A stretch of DNA of 64,000 nt. It comes from the human T2T-CHM13v2.0 reference genome, Homo sapiens. The DNA is taken from NCBI RefSeq assembly GCF_009914755.1, contig NC_060927.1; one strand, given 5' to 3'. This document shows positions 28,001-41,769 of this stretch, piece by piece. Made by a program: the position numbers and the translations under genes. The notes below the pieces were generated by a model. It was not told the DNA's origin. It was given only the letters and a program-made list of their open reading frames with translations, and did no database searches. The first letter of the stretch is position 1, and each line of letters starts with the position of its first letter.

Positions 28001-31000
28001 ATCTTTTTTTTTTTTTTTAACATGTTAGTGACAAAGAAAAACCACGCTCTTAGGCCTACTGGCATCTTACAAAATTAATGACTTCAAGCATAATTTAAGA
28101 TAGTTCAATAGATTTAAAGAAGTAACACAAAAGACATCATAGACTCGAAGTTAAGAAAAGGAAGGGAATGAAGGGAATGACAAAATATGAAGAAGGACTC
28201 CAAGAGACAAGATCAGAAAAATTGTGAACGTGATTGCTTAAATCAGAAGAAATGAGACAAGCAAAAGACATGTGAGGAAACAAATAGTGAGTAGACACAG
28301 TGATAATATTGTGCTATAATTACAAATGACATAAAGAATACCAAATGAAATCAGATATGATGTCTTGTTATTTTGAAGAATGGATAGCAGGACAAGGTAG
28401 ACAAATTATACTTTCAAGAAATGTCATTATAAGAAAAGTTTTTTACAAAATTTATTTGGAGTTTTCGCAGAAAGATCCTTTGGAATCAGTGAGAAAATTG
28501 AACTATAACATATTTTTAAAGCATACAACTGTATCATGTACTTATCCCATATAGATCATCAAATGTGGCTTACAAGAGTGCAATCAAGAAAAGAATTAAT
28601 TTGAACATATATGTGAATATAGTCTGTGGCATACTCATACTGTATGCTCAATTCTATGCTACTAAATGATTTCTTAAAACAGATTTTATTTTCTTAATTT
28701 TTCCGATACTTACTCGCCCTATTTATGTTCCTTATAACTGAAAAAAGAACTGACAAATTATGGCATTTTTAAATGATTTAATTGATAATTCCATAAGCAT
28801 GACAATAGGACATGAAAATCAGTATGAAAGCCATGGTAAAAATAAACAGGGAGGGAATAAATACAGTGCTCTGGGTTAATTTAAATGAAACAGTTTTTGA
28901 AAGATTTTTTTAAAAATAAGATTAAAGTAACTTTTCTTATAAAATTATTTTCCTAAGTGTTCCTGAGCAAAAAAAGATATAAAAGTAGTCAGCTAATCCT
29001 AGGAGAGAAAAAATTGACATCATCTTTTTATCCCAGAGCTCATTTCTCTATCATGGCAGTTTATATCCTCTAGTAGGTGATTTTAAGTTTTCCTACTAGG
29101 ACTGAGATTATTTTTTCCTTTTGAACTTTCAATCTTCAATAGATTCTCTTGCTGAATATTATATTGTCTATATCACCAAAGGATTAACTAGGAATGTTTT
29201 GTGGAATGTGGAATATGTCATTTGGGAAAGTTAAGAAGCCATTGCAATCCAAGATAATTAGGAGGAAAAACAAAAAGAAGAACTAGTGCTGAATGTTTGA
29301 AATAAACATTATTCTCAATCATCTACATGTCTTATGAAGTTATTATAATGGAGCTATGAACTTAAACAGAAAAAGTGATTGAGTATGATGCTGATGCTGC
29401 TGAGAAAATTGAGGATGATGCAAAAAATCTAGCTATAATAGGGTGATTACAAACCCGACCAAAAATCTTGGGATTCCTGAGATAGCCTATCTGTCATTTT
29501 AAGGGTACCATTGTTCAGAAGCCTATCATATACCAGGAAGTATCTTAGATGTCTCCCAAAGATGATCTTTGACCCTCAAAAACAACACCATAATATAGAT
29601 ATTATTTTCTTTGGGGCTAACTGGTAAGTACAAGAAAGATTGTCATCATTGGGAACATTGTATATCTTTACTTTTTCCTGGGAACCATTATTGATTTCTC
29701 ACTAGACCCACTTTATAGAGTATGAGGGTTTCACTCATTTTCAAAAATACTCCACCATTTTAAAGACTGACTTATTTTCTATAAGTAAGAAAATATAATT
29801 TTACATCCCCCTATTTTGTTCACTATGTGGCTCTACATAGCATAAACAACTGCAGCTTTAGCCTGCAGATTTCACTGAGAGCCTAACCTCTCAGTATAAA
29901 CACGGCTCAATAAGATCTAGGACAGAAATTATTCTTGGTGAGTATCTAAGTGATCCATCATGGGAATACTGAAGTTTCCCTTAAGACAATGCACTTCCTA
30001 ATAAGAATGATGATTCTTATTCTCAAGTATGTTTTTTAATGGGCTGTGGAAGCATTTTTTAAATGGGCTGTTGAAACTATAATGTGTATTCACTTTTTAA
30101 AAAGCACTTTATAGCTTTATGAAGGCACTTAAATAACACACTAGATTATACCCTTAGAAACCTTCCTTGAGCATATTTATAATACATTTTGAAATTTCTC
30201 ATCCAATTATTACCTTTACGATAACATTTCTGTCAAGGGGAATTTCTTGGATGCAAAACATAATTTTTTTTCAAATTTATCTTATTAAGTTATTCGGATT
30301 AAGACACTGTTAAACCCTTTACTGAAATTTCATAATGGATTGGAAAAGATAATTTCTCAAAGTGCCTCACCAAACCAGAGTGTGTCTGAAAGCTGAGAGA
30401 GTCAGGATCCATAAAATCAAATTGATAAAGACTAAACTGATATTCTTGTAAGTAAAGATTATCAAATTTATCTGCAGCACCTATGACACATTTTTTAACT
30501 GCAATAAGCTTCACAGTTTCTTCCTAGGAAAATTTATGTTATCATGGTTGTTTTCACAGTTTAAATGTATTTCCCTGAATCATCATGAATATAATCTAGA
30601 ATTAATCAAATGCATGTACTAAGAATGGGGGAAATAATAATAAGATGGCTTTATTTAGTTTCCATAATTGCAGGCCACTTCAAGTAACTAAACAAAGAAA
30701 TGGGACCTCCAATGACAATTAGGCCATATGAAAGTCTCAAGATGACGAGTGCCTCATTCTGCTTAAAGATACCAAAAATAAGTAGGCTGGCCAAAATGAG
30801 AAGTAGTAACTACCTGACGAATATGTCTTATTTTTGGTGTAACCATTAATGCTGCTAAATATTTAAATGGAGAATATGTGTATATGTACATATACATCAA
30901 ATTGATAGATGTATAGCCAAAATATTTTGATTAAGTGTTAAAAGATTAGATTTACTAAAATATTGTAATATAATTTAGTAGAATTTTGCCACATTTTGGC

Positions 31001-33174
31001 CTAATTACTTCTTTAAAAATAACCCAAGTAGAACTCTCAAAATCTCTTTGCGAGTGATCAAATAAAAGAAAGTTGTTAATTTTAAAAATTTATTTTCCTA
31101 CTAATGTTAGTATATCATACAGAAAACTACAATAAGGAAAAAAATTCAATTTTTTAGATTGAAAAAGAAAGGCACAAGTTAAATATTTCCCTTTCTATCA
31201 AAGTGCCATGAACTTGAAAGGATTTGCAAAGTGGAAACAGGTGTAGTCAACTGTTAGAGTATTTTTAAAATGGTTTGACACGTTATAATAGTGGGATCCA
31301 AAACTGAAACTTGACATTACTCTAAGCATTGGAAGATCATAAATCACTTTAGACAGCACACCGTGGTCTTAGTTCTTTCACACTGAAAGTATTTTGTAAC
31401 TGTGATATTAGTATGCATTAGGAAAACAAAAATAATACAAAGTTTAAATAATAAAATAAAAATTTAACTTTTTCCCTATATATACTATACATGATACATA
31501 ACGTCATATTGTTTGTAGAGCAATTAAAGATATTTTTCTGCATTTGCATATTCATATATTTTATTAAAGTCTAGACATTTTTAAGTGTCAATTTAAAGTG
31601 GACTTCATGCACATTCATGTTTTATAGTTGATTTAAGTGACACATAATTAAAATTGCAAAGGAATGAATACTTCAGACAGAAAATTTTATATTAAGTTTA
31701 TTTTTTGTAAGTAAGAAAGGACAATTGCATACAAATCCTAAGATTTTCCCTTTTTGGAATGTCTTTTTTTCAAAGATTCTAATTTTTTACGGGAATAATC
31801 TTATAACAACTTTACTTATCCCCATTACCCCATAGTGATACTGTGGGTATAAGATAATCCAGGTCAGAAAAGTAGCAGACATAATTGTAGTTCCTTCTCC
31901 AGCTCTCTACATTCATGTTCTCACTCCAAGTACAACTTTTTGAAATTTAACAATTGTGCTAAATGCTTAAGATTGCTTCATAATGCTTTATACTGATTCA
32001 AAAACAAAATGTACTGGCTTTCATTATAAGTAACAAGAATACATTAAACCATTTATTTACATCATCAGAAGTAGATATTTTAACATGAGCCAAAAATGTT
32101 TAATCTTTAAAGAAATTTAGTTAAGTAATTTGCCTTAGGTTAACCTAAAAGATATATTTGATGACATTACTCATGACATATAGGTTATATCAAATTCTCA
32201 AATAAATTTAGCAATTTTATTATTTAATTTTATTTTTGTCAATGTTCACTTGTTTGGGATTTTCCCCTCTCTGATTTTAAGAGATTTACTTCTGGATGTT
32301 TGTTCAATTTCCTCATTTCTTTTTAATTCTCAGGTCCACTTCAGTCAGATAAACTTATTATACCAAGAATAAAATTCAGTCTTATAGCTATTTTTAACAT
32401 TGAACTATAATTTCCTCATGCTTGATGATACTAACAATACATGCTATAATTTAATGTTTTCTATTTTCTAAAAGAATCTCTTCCTGTTATTAATTTTTCA
32501 AGATCTGAACACATTTCTTGGATTGAAGGCATCCAAACAGTCTCTAGCAGGAAAATATATAACACACAATCCTTTAAAAATACTTACAATAACAGCTGCG
32601 ATTTATAACAACAAATGAAAGATGAAGGAAATATACAAATCATAAACTTCAAGAAACACATAAATCTTTATGAAGTCTTATCATAACTCAGGCAGAATGT
32701 TATCCTTTCAAAATCTGCCAGATCACACCAGACATTATATCCAGTTTGAAAACTCAGGTGCTTTGAAGTTGTTATCTTTGAAGTCCTCTTAGCGTTGGGG
32801 TTTTGGTCACTCCTCAGATCACAGCAATTTAGGCATTAGTTCTATGTGGTCCTATTGTTTCCCTATGCCAGTTACTGTTTCTTTTTCCCTTTAATACAAA
32901 AGCACATAATTTTGTTCTCCATGATAAATAATCTGAAAAATTTAAACACTGTTGCATAAAAAATGTTAAATGTATAAGCAATAATAAAAGACTTGGTTTA
33001 TTTGCACAGAAAAAAACAACCTCTTTTCTTTCAAACTACTGTCTTCATTTTTTTTCTTTCTTTTAAGAAAATCACAGTCTGTATTGTACCCTTCAAACCA
33101 ACTCCTCCTACTTGGGTTTTGTTGCTTGCAGGTAAGATTTTGGCCAGAATATGCAGACTTTCTTGTCTTCTCAT

Positions 33175-34173
33175 GTTCATTTGTTTATTCTTTCAAATGA
33201 AAATTGGTTCGAATGTCTACTAAGTGCCAAGCACTATTCTAGGTGCTAGATACATTAGTGAACAGAATCACAGATAACCAAGAAACTTATATTCTAGTTG
33301 GGGAAAGGCATTAAAAATGAATGATTCTATGGAAAAAAATGAAAATAATCAAGCATGGTAAAGAAGATCAGAAGGCCAGTGTTAGGAGTGGGAGGCAGCA
33401 GGGAGGGATAGAAGGGGCAAGCAGGACTTAATATTAATTACGGTGAGGGCAAGCCTCATTGAAATGGTGAGATTTAAACAAGGAGATGAGTTTAGCTAAA
33501 TAGATATCTGGAAGACGAACATTTCAGAATAGATAGAGCAAAAACCTTAAAACAGGAACATATCTGGTAATGTTCACACATCAAGGAAGCCAACGTGCTA
33601 AAGCCGACTGAGCTTGTGCAAAATGGTAGGAAGAGCCAGGTGGGGGAGGGGCAAAAGACAGACCATGAGAGACCATGTCGGCCATTTTATTACATACTTT
33701 AAAAGGATAGCTAAGTACCCAGGCAAGAGATTGTGGTGATTCTGAAAAGGGAAATAACAGCAGTGGATATGTTTTAAAGATAGAGTCATCATCATTTCCT
33801 GAACAGAATGGATATAAAATGTAAGAAAAAGAAAAAAGATAATTACTGCTCCAAAGGTTTCCACTTAAACGACTACAAGAATGGAAGTAAAGCAGATTTT
33901 CACGGAGCAGGAAGGAAGTAAAAGGGCAGTATAAGGACAGAATATTTGAAATTTTACAAAGTTTCAAACATGCTGCATTGTGGATGTCTATTAGACAGTG
34001 AAATGGAGATGTTAAGTAGACAATTGAATATATGAGTCTGTGGTTTGAGAGCACAGTCTGGCCAAGGGCGTTAAAAATTGGGAAGTCATCAGCATTTAAA
34101 TAGTATTTAAAGTTATGAGACTGGAGGAGATGACCATAAGTCTGTAACAGACACAGACGCACACACATACACA

Positions 34174-34209
<36 letters not shown>

Positions 34210-34405
34210 CTAAAATCTGAACTTTGGGCCATGCCAGAGTTTTAATGGGTCAGGCAAAAAAGAAGGAACCAGCAAAGGCAACTGAGAATGAGGAATCAGT
34301 AAATTAGGAATAAAGTCATCAAGTTCAGAGTTCTGGAAATAAAATCTTAAAATATATATAAGGAAGGGAGAGGGCACAACAATATAAATGCTGCTGATAG
34401 GTTCA
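33175..34405 (-). mobile_element. L2 fragment
   Basis: tctactaagtgccaagcactattctaggtgctag...ggagatgttaagtagacaattgaatatatgagtctg...aatgctgctgatagg. Confidence 0.8.
34150..34205. repeat. (CA)n microsatellite
   Basis: Imperfect then perfect CA run. Confidence 0.95.
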
Positions 34406-35414
34406 GTACTTCCAGTAAATATGGTTAGGTACTTTTAGAAGTTAGATATATGAAAGGTGTTCTATTTTGTTCTGAAAAGTGATGATCAAGCTATGAACCA
34501 GCAAAACTTTTAAAGGAAAGGGCTATCAGAAATCATGATAGATAGATCATGATAGAGTTTCTAGCATTACTCTACTGTATTCTGAAACTCTGATTTTGAT
34601 AAAATATATCATTACACATATGTGACAGTATTCAAGTTGGATTTCAGCAGCCAAAACTTCAATGATACTGGTGGCTACTGAATCTGAATGTACAATTTTT
34701 AACATCCTCCAAATGCTTTTTGCTCTTGAATAGAAGAGATTTTGGAGTAAAAACAATCTTTAGCTCATTCTTCATTCTCTGAAACCTTAGAGACTGTTCC
34801 AACATATGTTCAATAGCATATTTATGGCTGTGACTGACTCCAGAAAACTGATTGTATTTAATCCTCTCATTATTACCTTTGGGAATAGTACACAAGTACA
34901 TATTTTGAATTTTTTTTCTATTCCTGAAACTAAAAGGATCATAACAAAGCTTTGACACAATAAAGGATGTCTGCCAAATGTCAATCATTTTCCAAAGGGG
35001 TCTTTGGGGGAAGTTACTGATGAAAACACTTCTGAAATGCTTTCTAAATATTAAAAATGGAGCATTAAAAAAAACACTAAAGGCATTCTTAGACCATTTG
35101 GAAGCATGAATTTATGCTTGGCACACAACCTTCACTGATTCTCTCTCCCCATGGCCCATCCTAAATCCAAGGTGTCCAGACAAAATCTTGCCATATCAGC
35201 AAATATTACATAATTAGATTTTGTAATAGTTCTTCTAGATTTTACTTTAAAAGATTTCTCAATTAATACTAATCACTTAAAAGGCTCTTTTTAAAAAGGA
35301 AAAAATGAATTCCATTGTAAAATCGATATAACTTTTGGTAAAATAAAGATTATTTTTTAATAAAAATCATGGATATAATAGAAAAAAGTAATAGTTACAT
35401 TTGAATAGGAGGCA

Positions 35415-35580
35415 TTAATATCATTTATTAAATATATGGTACATTCAGACACTGTCCAAAATCCTCAGTATACACATCTCAATCATCAAATTATCATTTG
35501 CTTTAGATACAATTATTATGCCCACTTTATAGAAAATCAGTATCTTGCCCAAGTCACGCCTAATAGTGTAAGTGAATACT
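35415..35580 (-). mobile_element. MIR fragment
   Basis: attattatgcccactttataga..cttgcccaagtcac. Confidence 0.55.
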
Positions 35581-35858
35581 GCCCCTCGGAAAGCCACTGT
35601 GACATTTCTAGCTCCAGAACATTAGTGTCAGTCCTGAACTTGACATTTAATGTTTATATCATTTTGAAAAGTAATTCAGTTGGCCACTCAAGAGACTTAA
35701 TTTCTTCTTCTATAAAAGTGATATTATCTTTAATTTTAAGTGCATTATTGTTGAAAAATATAAAATGTAAAATGTCTAATTATAATGGCAAAATATAAAA
35801 TCCAAATACTGCTGAAGTATATTAATTAAAATTTTTAATTTTTTATTGAGGCAGACAT

Positions 35859-36273
35859 TGTATTATTTAGACCTCTCCAGAGAAATGAAACCAATAGGGT
35901 GTGTATGCACAGGTAGATTAACCTTAAGGAATTGGCTCACCTGAGATTTGGACTCGCTGTCAAGTCTAAAATCTGCAGGGCAGGCCAGTGGCATGGAGAC
36001 CCAGGGAAGAGTTGATGCCGCAGTCTTGAGTCCTAAGGCAGTCCAGAGGCAGAATTTCTTCCTCTTTGAAGGACTTCGGTCTTTATTCTTAAGGTCTCCA
36101 ACTGATAGATGAAGTCAGTCACTTATTTTGCATGGTTATCTGGGTTACTCAAAGTCTACTGATTTAAATGTTAACCACATTTTAAAGATACCTTTAGATC
36201 AACATCCAGACTGGCATTTGACCAAACGACTGGGCACTATAGCCTAAGTTAACACATAAAATTAACCATCAGA
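35859..36273 (-). mobile_element. MLT2 (C/D-like) 3' LTR of HERV-L provirus
   Basis: ctctccagagaaatgaaaccaatagg..aaggaattggctcac...acacataaaattaaccatca. Confidence 0.88.
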
Positions 36274-36991
36274 GTCTAACACTTGTCAACTTGGCAACCC
36301 CACACATATCCTTAAGCCATACTTAATTGCACTTGATTATTAAAATTCTCCTTTGCTGAAGTCATACTTTAGCGAGCATTCACATAGGACACACATATTT
36401 TTATGTTTTTCTCCTATTCAGAGAGGTATATTGACATATCGTTTCCCCAGACCTCCTTGTCATCAATTTTCTGATTACGTTACTTTCAAGTTTCTAACCA
36501 TCCATCTGAATCATTGAATCCACGTACAATCACATATCTTGCCATTTCTCTTTCCCAGCAAAATGAATAACCAGCACACTGCTTAAATTTCTGCTCACTG
36601 GAAATTTTTTTTTATTATCTTCCTTCATGGGTGTTTCGGAAAGAGACTTTAGTGCTGCATCTGTCTCCTTTCAGGTGGTGCTGAATATCATCCAGAACCA
36701 TCTGTAACCCAGGCCCCGGTGTTCTCTTCCTGTGTCAACTGATCACAGGGAACTCCCCTTCAGGCCATAGGTAGAGGCTGGGAAAGATAGGGCAGTGTAG
36801 CAGGAGTGGTGACCATGAGCATTCGGTCCATTTCTTTAGGCAGCTTATGCCTTTGGGACCTGCTTGAGCCCAATCTCATACATTTCTTGCATTTGATGAT
36901 GGAGTGCTACTGTGCACACTCAACTTTATGGCTTGGTGGGCCCATTTCATGAGGGCAGCATAAATTGCATGGTAACTTGATGGCCCATGTT

Positions 36992-37054
36992 TAAGTAATC
37001 AGTCTCTACTGATTACTTACAGTACTTACAGTAGCTTACAGTACTTACAGTAGC
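36992..37054. repeat. 12-bp inverted repeat followed by a nested 9/19-bp tandem duplication
   Basis: taagtaatcagt-ctct-actgattactta, then cttacagtacttacagtag x2. Confidence 0.9.
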
Positions 37055-37399
37055 AAACCAAAAACTGTTTCTCAAAAGGAGGGTAGTTATCCACAGAGGA
37101 TAGCAGGATTTTGCTCCCAAATCTGAAGTGTTTGCACTGTAATTCACTTACAGGGGCCTGATAAATGCTTCAGACAAAATTTTTATCTTCCACTGATACT
37201 TTATGCACCAAGAACATGCTGGATAATATGGTCTAAGAGGCACAGCAGATGGCATAGCACTATGACCTCTTACAGACACTTCTGTTCTGGGCTGCACTCA
37301 ACACTGACAGCTTTCTGATAACCTGGTAAGTCATCTAGAGAAGCACACTCAGGTGAGGAAAACATTGCCTTCAAAATCCAAAGAAGCTCACTAGGCATT

Positions 37400-38420
37400 G
37401 TGCCTCTTTCCTGGTTGTAGGAGAGGCCTGTTGCCACAACTTATTCCTCATCTTAGAAAGAATATCTTTACGTGTCTCATACTACTGGATCCCTTGAAAT
37501 TTCACTGAGGCAGAATTCCCCTGAATTTTTGTTGGATTTATTTTTCATCCTCTGACATGCAAATGTCTTACCAATAAGTTTAGAATACTTACTACTTCTG
37601 ACTTACTAGTTCTAATCAGTATAATATCATCACTGTAACGGACCAGTATGATGTCTTGTGGAGATAAAAGCAATCAAGGTCTCTGAAAACTAAATTAACA
37701 ACCTAAGGCTGGGAAATGGGTACACTCTGAGGTAGGACAGTAAAGGTGTATTATTGGCCTTGCCAACTGAAAGCAAACTGCGTCTCGTGGTTTTTATTAA
37801 CAGAGATGGAGAAAAAAAATATTTGTCAAATCAGTAGCTACATATCAGATACTAGAGGATGTGTTAATTTTCTCAAGCAATGAAACCATATCTGGTACAG
37901 TAGCTGCAACTGGAGTCACTGCCATGTTAAGCTTAGAACAATCCACTGTCATTCTCCAAGATCTATCTATTTTCTGTTTAATAGGCAAGTTGGTTGGGGA
38001 TACAGTGAGAGTCACCACTCCTGAATTTTTCAAGTTTCTGATGGTGGCACTAATCTCTGTGATTTTGCTTTTGAGTTACTATCTTCTTAGGAAGAGGAAG
38101 TTCTAGTGGCTTTCAGTTGGCCTTTCCCACCGTAAAAGACATCACCTTATAGGTCAAGGAAGAGACGTGTGGATTTTGCCAGTTGTTGATTATATCTATG
38201 TCACTTATGCATTGTGGAACTAGGGAAATAGCCACAGGATAGTTTTGGAGACTCACTGAACCCCACTGTGAAATGGACATGAGCCAAAACATCACCTTCA
38301 TAAACTACTCTGACTGGTGGATCCCCATGGCATTTAGTGTCTCCTGGAAATTGTATCAATTCAGAGCCAGTGTCCAGTAATTTCTGAAGATCCTGATTGT
38401 TCTCTTTCCTGATACACAGT
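37400..38420 (-). pseudogene. pol: ERV-L protease/reverse transcriptase remnant
   Basis: ORF-track peptide 37845-38033 is recognisable ERV-L RT; YxDD is degenerate (YSDD); fragmented into short ORFs. Confidence 0.85.
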
Positions 38421-39393
38421 CACCCTGTATGATAAAAGGCTTACATCCCTGTTGGGGAAGGCTGGAAGAATTATTGGCAGTGTAGCTGGGTGCTTCCTCA
38501 AAGTTATCTCACCTCCCTTCACTTGAAGAATTTGGGCTTTATAAACTGACTCAAGTCTGAGAATTGATTGAGGGGCCATGACTGTCTGTTCTTATGATTC
38601 AGGCTAAACTTTTGTTCACTTGACTGTAGTCCTTATACAGATCAAGTACGAATTTAGTAGACTTCCAATTTATTTCACTTCTAGGAAAGTGATCAACTAG
38701 CCAATATCATAGAGCTCTGTGAATCAGACTATTTTAGTTACTGCTTTGACTCTAGTGTCCATTATAATAACCACATTTACCTTTATTTTAATGATTAAGT
38801 ATCACCACTTGGCCTCTGACACAGTGAGATCCAATAATTTTCATTGAATTTTAGTTTCCCAATTTAATGGCAGCAGTTCACACTATAATTTCTGAGCTGC
38901 AAAGAAGAGTGATCATGGAGGTTTTCAGTGAGGCTGAAGTTCCCCTAACAAGTTTATTTCTCATGTTTGTGGCAATAAGTATGTCCTCTGGACTCTTCCT
39001 ATGGTGGGTGAGGAGGTCTTGCATGATAAATTCACACTTCTATTCCTATTTTCCCAACCCTTTGGATTCTTTTTTCTACTGCACATGAAGGCAGTTCTGG
39101 CATGTTAACTAATTAGTGTAGGTCACCTTTTATTCGTGTTTCAGCTAACCAACTAAACAAACTGTTAGAGGCTTTTCTAACCCCCCAAGATGCAATATTA
39201 AATCAACAATCTCTGTTTAGTTGGCTTAAATCAATAAATTTGGCTTGTTTCAACTTTATGTATTTTCTACCAATATCCCACACTCTTAACATTCATTCCC
39301 ACACATATTTTCCATATTTCTGTCTGGATAAATTTTTAAATCATATAATTTTGTTTAGAGTGCAGCACACCTCCTCATGATCACAATTATATC

Positions 39394-39755
39394 TGCCTTA
39401 GTCCATTTTGGTTGCCATAAGAAAAGAGTTTAGATTAGGTACCTTGTAAACAATTGAAAATTATTTCTCACAGTTCTGGAGGCTGTAAAGCCCAGGATAA
39501 GGGCACCAGCAGATTCAGTGTCTGGTGAGGGCCTACTTGTAGGCTCATAGAACAGCACCTTCTCAATGTATCCTCACGTGGTAGAGGGAGAAAAGCGGAT
39601 CTGGAGCCTATTAATAAGAGCACTAATCTCATTCATGATGCCTCCAACCTCATGACCTAACCACCTCCCAAAGGCTCCACCTTCTACCACCACCACATGG
39701 GTGATTAATTTTAACTTATTTAATTTTGGGGGAACACAAACCTTCAGATCATAGA
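39394..39755 (-). mobile_element. MLT1A0-like MaLR LTR nested in HERV-L gag
   Basis: ttatttctcacagttctggaggctg..cagcagattcagtgtctggtgagggc...ttttgggggaacacaaaccttcagatcatag. Confidence 0.85.
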
Positions 39756-40607
39756 AATACTTCACCTTTCAGGGCCTTCTGGAACTTGAGTCTAGTTATA
39801 GACTAGAAGCAAAGCAGGGTTCTGGAACTGTGTCTGGAGGTAAATCAGCAGTATCTTATAAGGCAATTATCTCAGAGAAGATCATTACAGTTTATTCAGG
39901 CAAATTAGTGTTAATCTCCTCTGGGGGGCGGGGGAGGGGAATAGCTACCTCTACTGGTAAAGAAGACCCAGCAGAATTTAGAAGCTTAATGTCCTCATCC
40001 TCATCAGTATTTTATAATACAGTATGACCACATTTTCACTTTTCAGGATCTTATTCCTTCCCAATCAATGCCCTCAATTTACCAGTAGATACCTTATGAA
40101 GTTGGGAATTAAATTTCTGTTATATTTCAGCCACTAACAGAATAAGAATCTGGGCCTCGTTTTCAGCACTTTCTCCTTTAGGACTACAAAAGATAAGGTT
40201 TTCTTTTGAGGCAGACAATATAACCTTTCAGGTAATTTATGCAGTGCTTTAGCTGGAAATTCAACCCTTTGAGCTCATACTTTTGTGTATCCACTTTTTC
40301 CAGCGCAATTACGAACAACCAGCCAATTTCATTTTACTTGTTAGTTTGATAAAAATCTTCTAAGGTATCAAATACATAGTCACCCAAAAACTTGCCTCTT
40401 ATAAGTATTTAAACAGGAATATCCAATGATGATATTTTGCATATTTCTATGGACACATCACACCATGGCTATCAGTGTTTTTCCTGCTACAAATAGTGCC
40501 TTTAAATCTAATTGAGTGAGAGAATTGATTCTAGAAACCCCAGAACCAGTTCAGAAAACTCATCCTTAAGATTTAGTTTTTCTGAAACCAATCTCAATAC
40601 CAAAATT

Positions 40608-40946
40608 TGTATTAGTCTGTGTTCCCTAGAGACAATCAATAAGTTCTATCTAAAATCTGCAGAGCAGACCAGCAGTATGGAGACCTAGGGAAAAGTTGAG
40701 TCCCAAGGAAGTTCAGGGGCAGAATTTCTTCATCTTTAGGGAAACTCAGTATTTCTCTTAAGACCTTCAACTGATTGGATGAGGTCAACACATGTAATGG
40801 AGAGTAATTTAGATTAGTCAAATTTTACAGATTTAAATGTCAATCACTTCTAAAAAAATACCTTCACAGCAACATCTACACCTGTGTTTGACCAAAAAAC
40901 TGGGCACCATAGCCTAACCAAGTCAACACATAAGGTTAATCATTGT
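40608..40946 (-). mobile_element. MLT2 5' LTR of HERV-L provirus, internally deleted
   Basis: Homologous to 35859-36273 (tctaaaatctgcag..ggagacc.aggga; tttgaccaaa..actgggcac.atagccta). Confidence 0.85.
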
Positions 40947-41435
40947 ACTATCCAATGTTTATTTTTCTTTTCATTTTTCTTCTTACCAAGAGAACCTATA
41001 TTTTGTAAAGAACAGGCATAAGCCCAACTAAAACTATATCTCCTAACTCTTCTATTGATGGCCAATGAGATTTCATCAGGAATTTCTGATTACAAATTCC
41101 AGGAAAGACCTTTAAAACTGTGCAGAATCTATTGGCACAGAATTTTGTCATTTTATTTTGCTCTTCTTCATGCCAGAAGTGCAGAGGCTATGTGTGTGGA
41201 GGGTGGTAGGAAGAAGGAGGAACTATCTTTTGAAATAGAAAATGATAACATTGAGAATGAATGCCTCATAGAAAGTATGGCAGAGCAGAAAAATAGAAGG
41301 AATGTGAGCCTCTGAGGTCAGAGTGTACCTGCTCTCAACTGTCAATTTCTGGTCTTATTCAGTGTGAGAAAATTTAAATTTGATTTGATTAACCTCTTTA
41401 ATAGGGTCTGTTAATGCACAGACAACCTACACTAG

Positions 41436-41769
<334 letters not shown>

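Larger units (their letters stand above)
36274..40607 (-). mobile_element. HERV-L/ERVL internal region: decayed gag-pro-pol, internally deleted
   Basis: Minus-strand protease LLDTGSEL (~38351-38390); RT SPTNLPI..DRSWRMTVDCSKLN..VTPVAATVPDMVSLLEKINTS; catalytic region PQDIILVRYSDDIILI (~37615-37661); degenerate PBS next to the 5' LTR. Confidence 0.92.

Noticed and set aside
33581-34204. Longest ORF in the track (207 aa, minus strand)
   Set aside because: Starts in a (TG)n microsatellite (CVCVCV) and runs through decayed L2; no recognisable domain.
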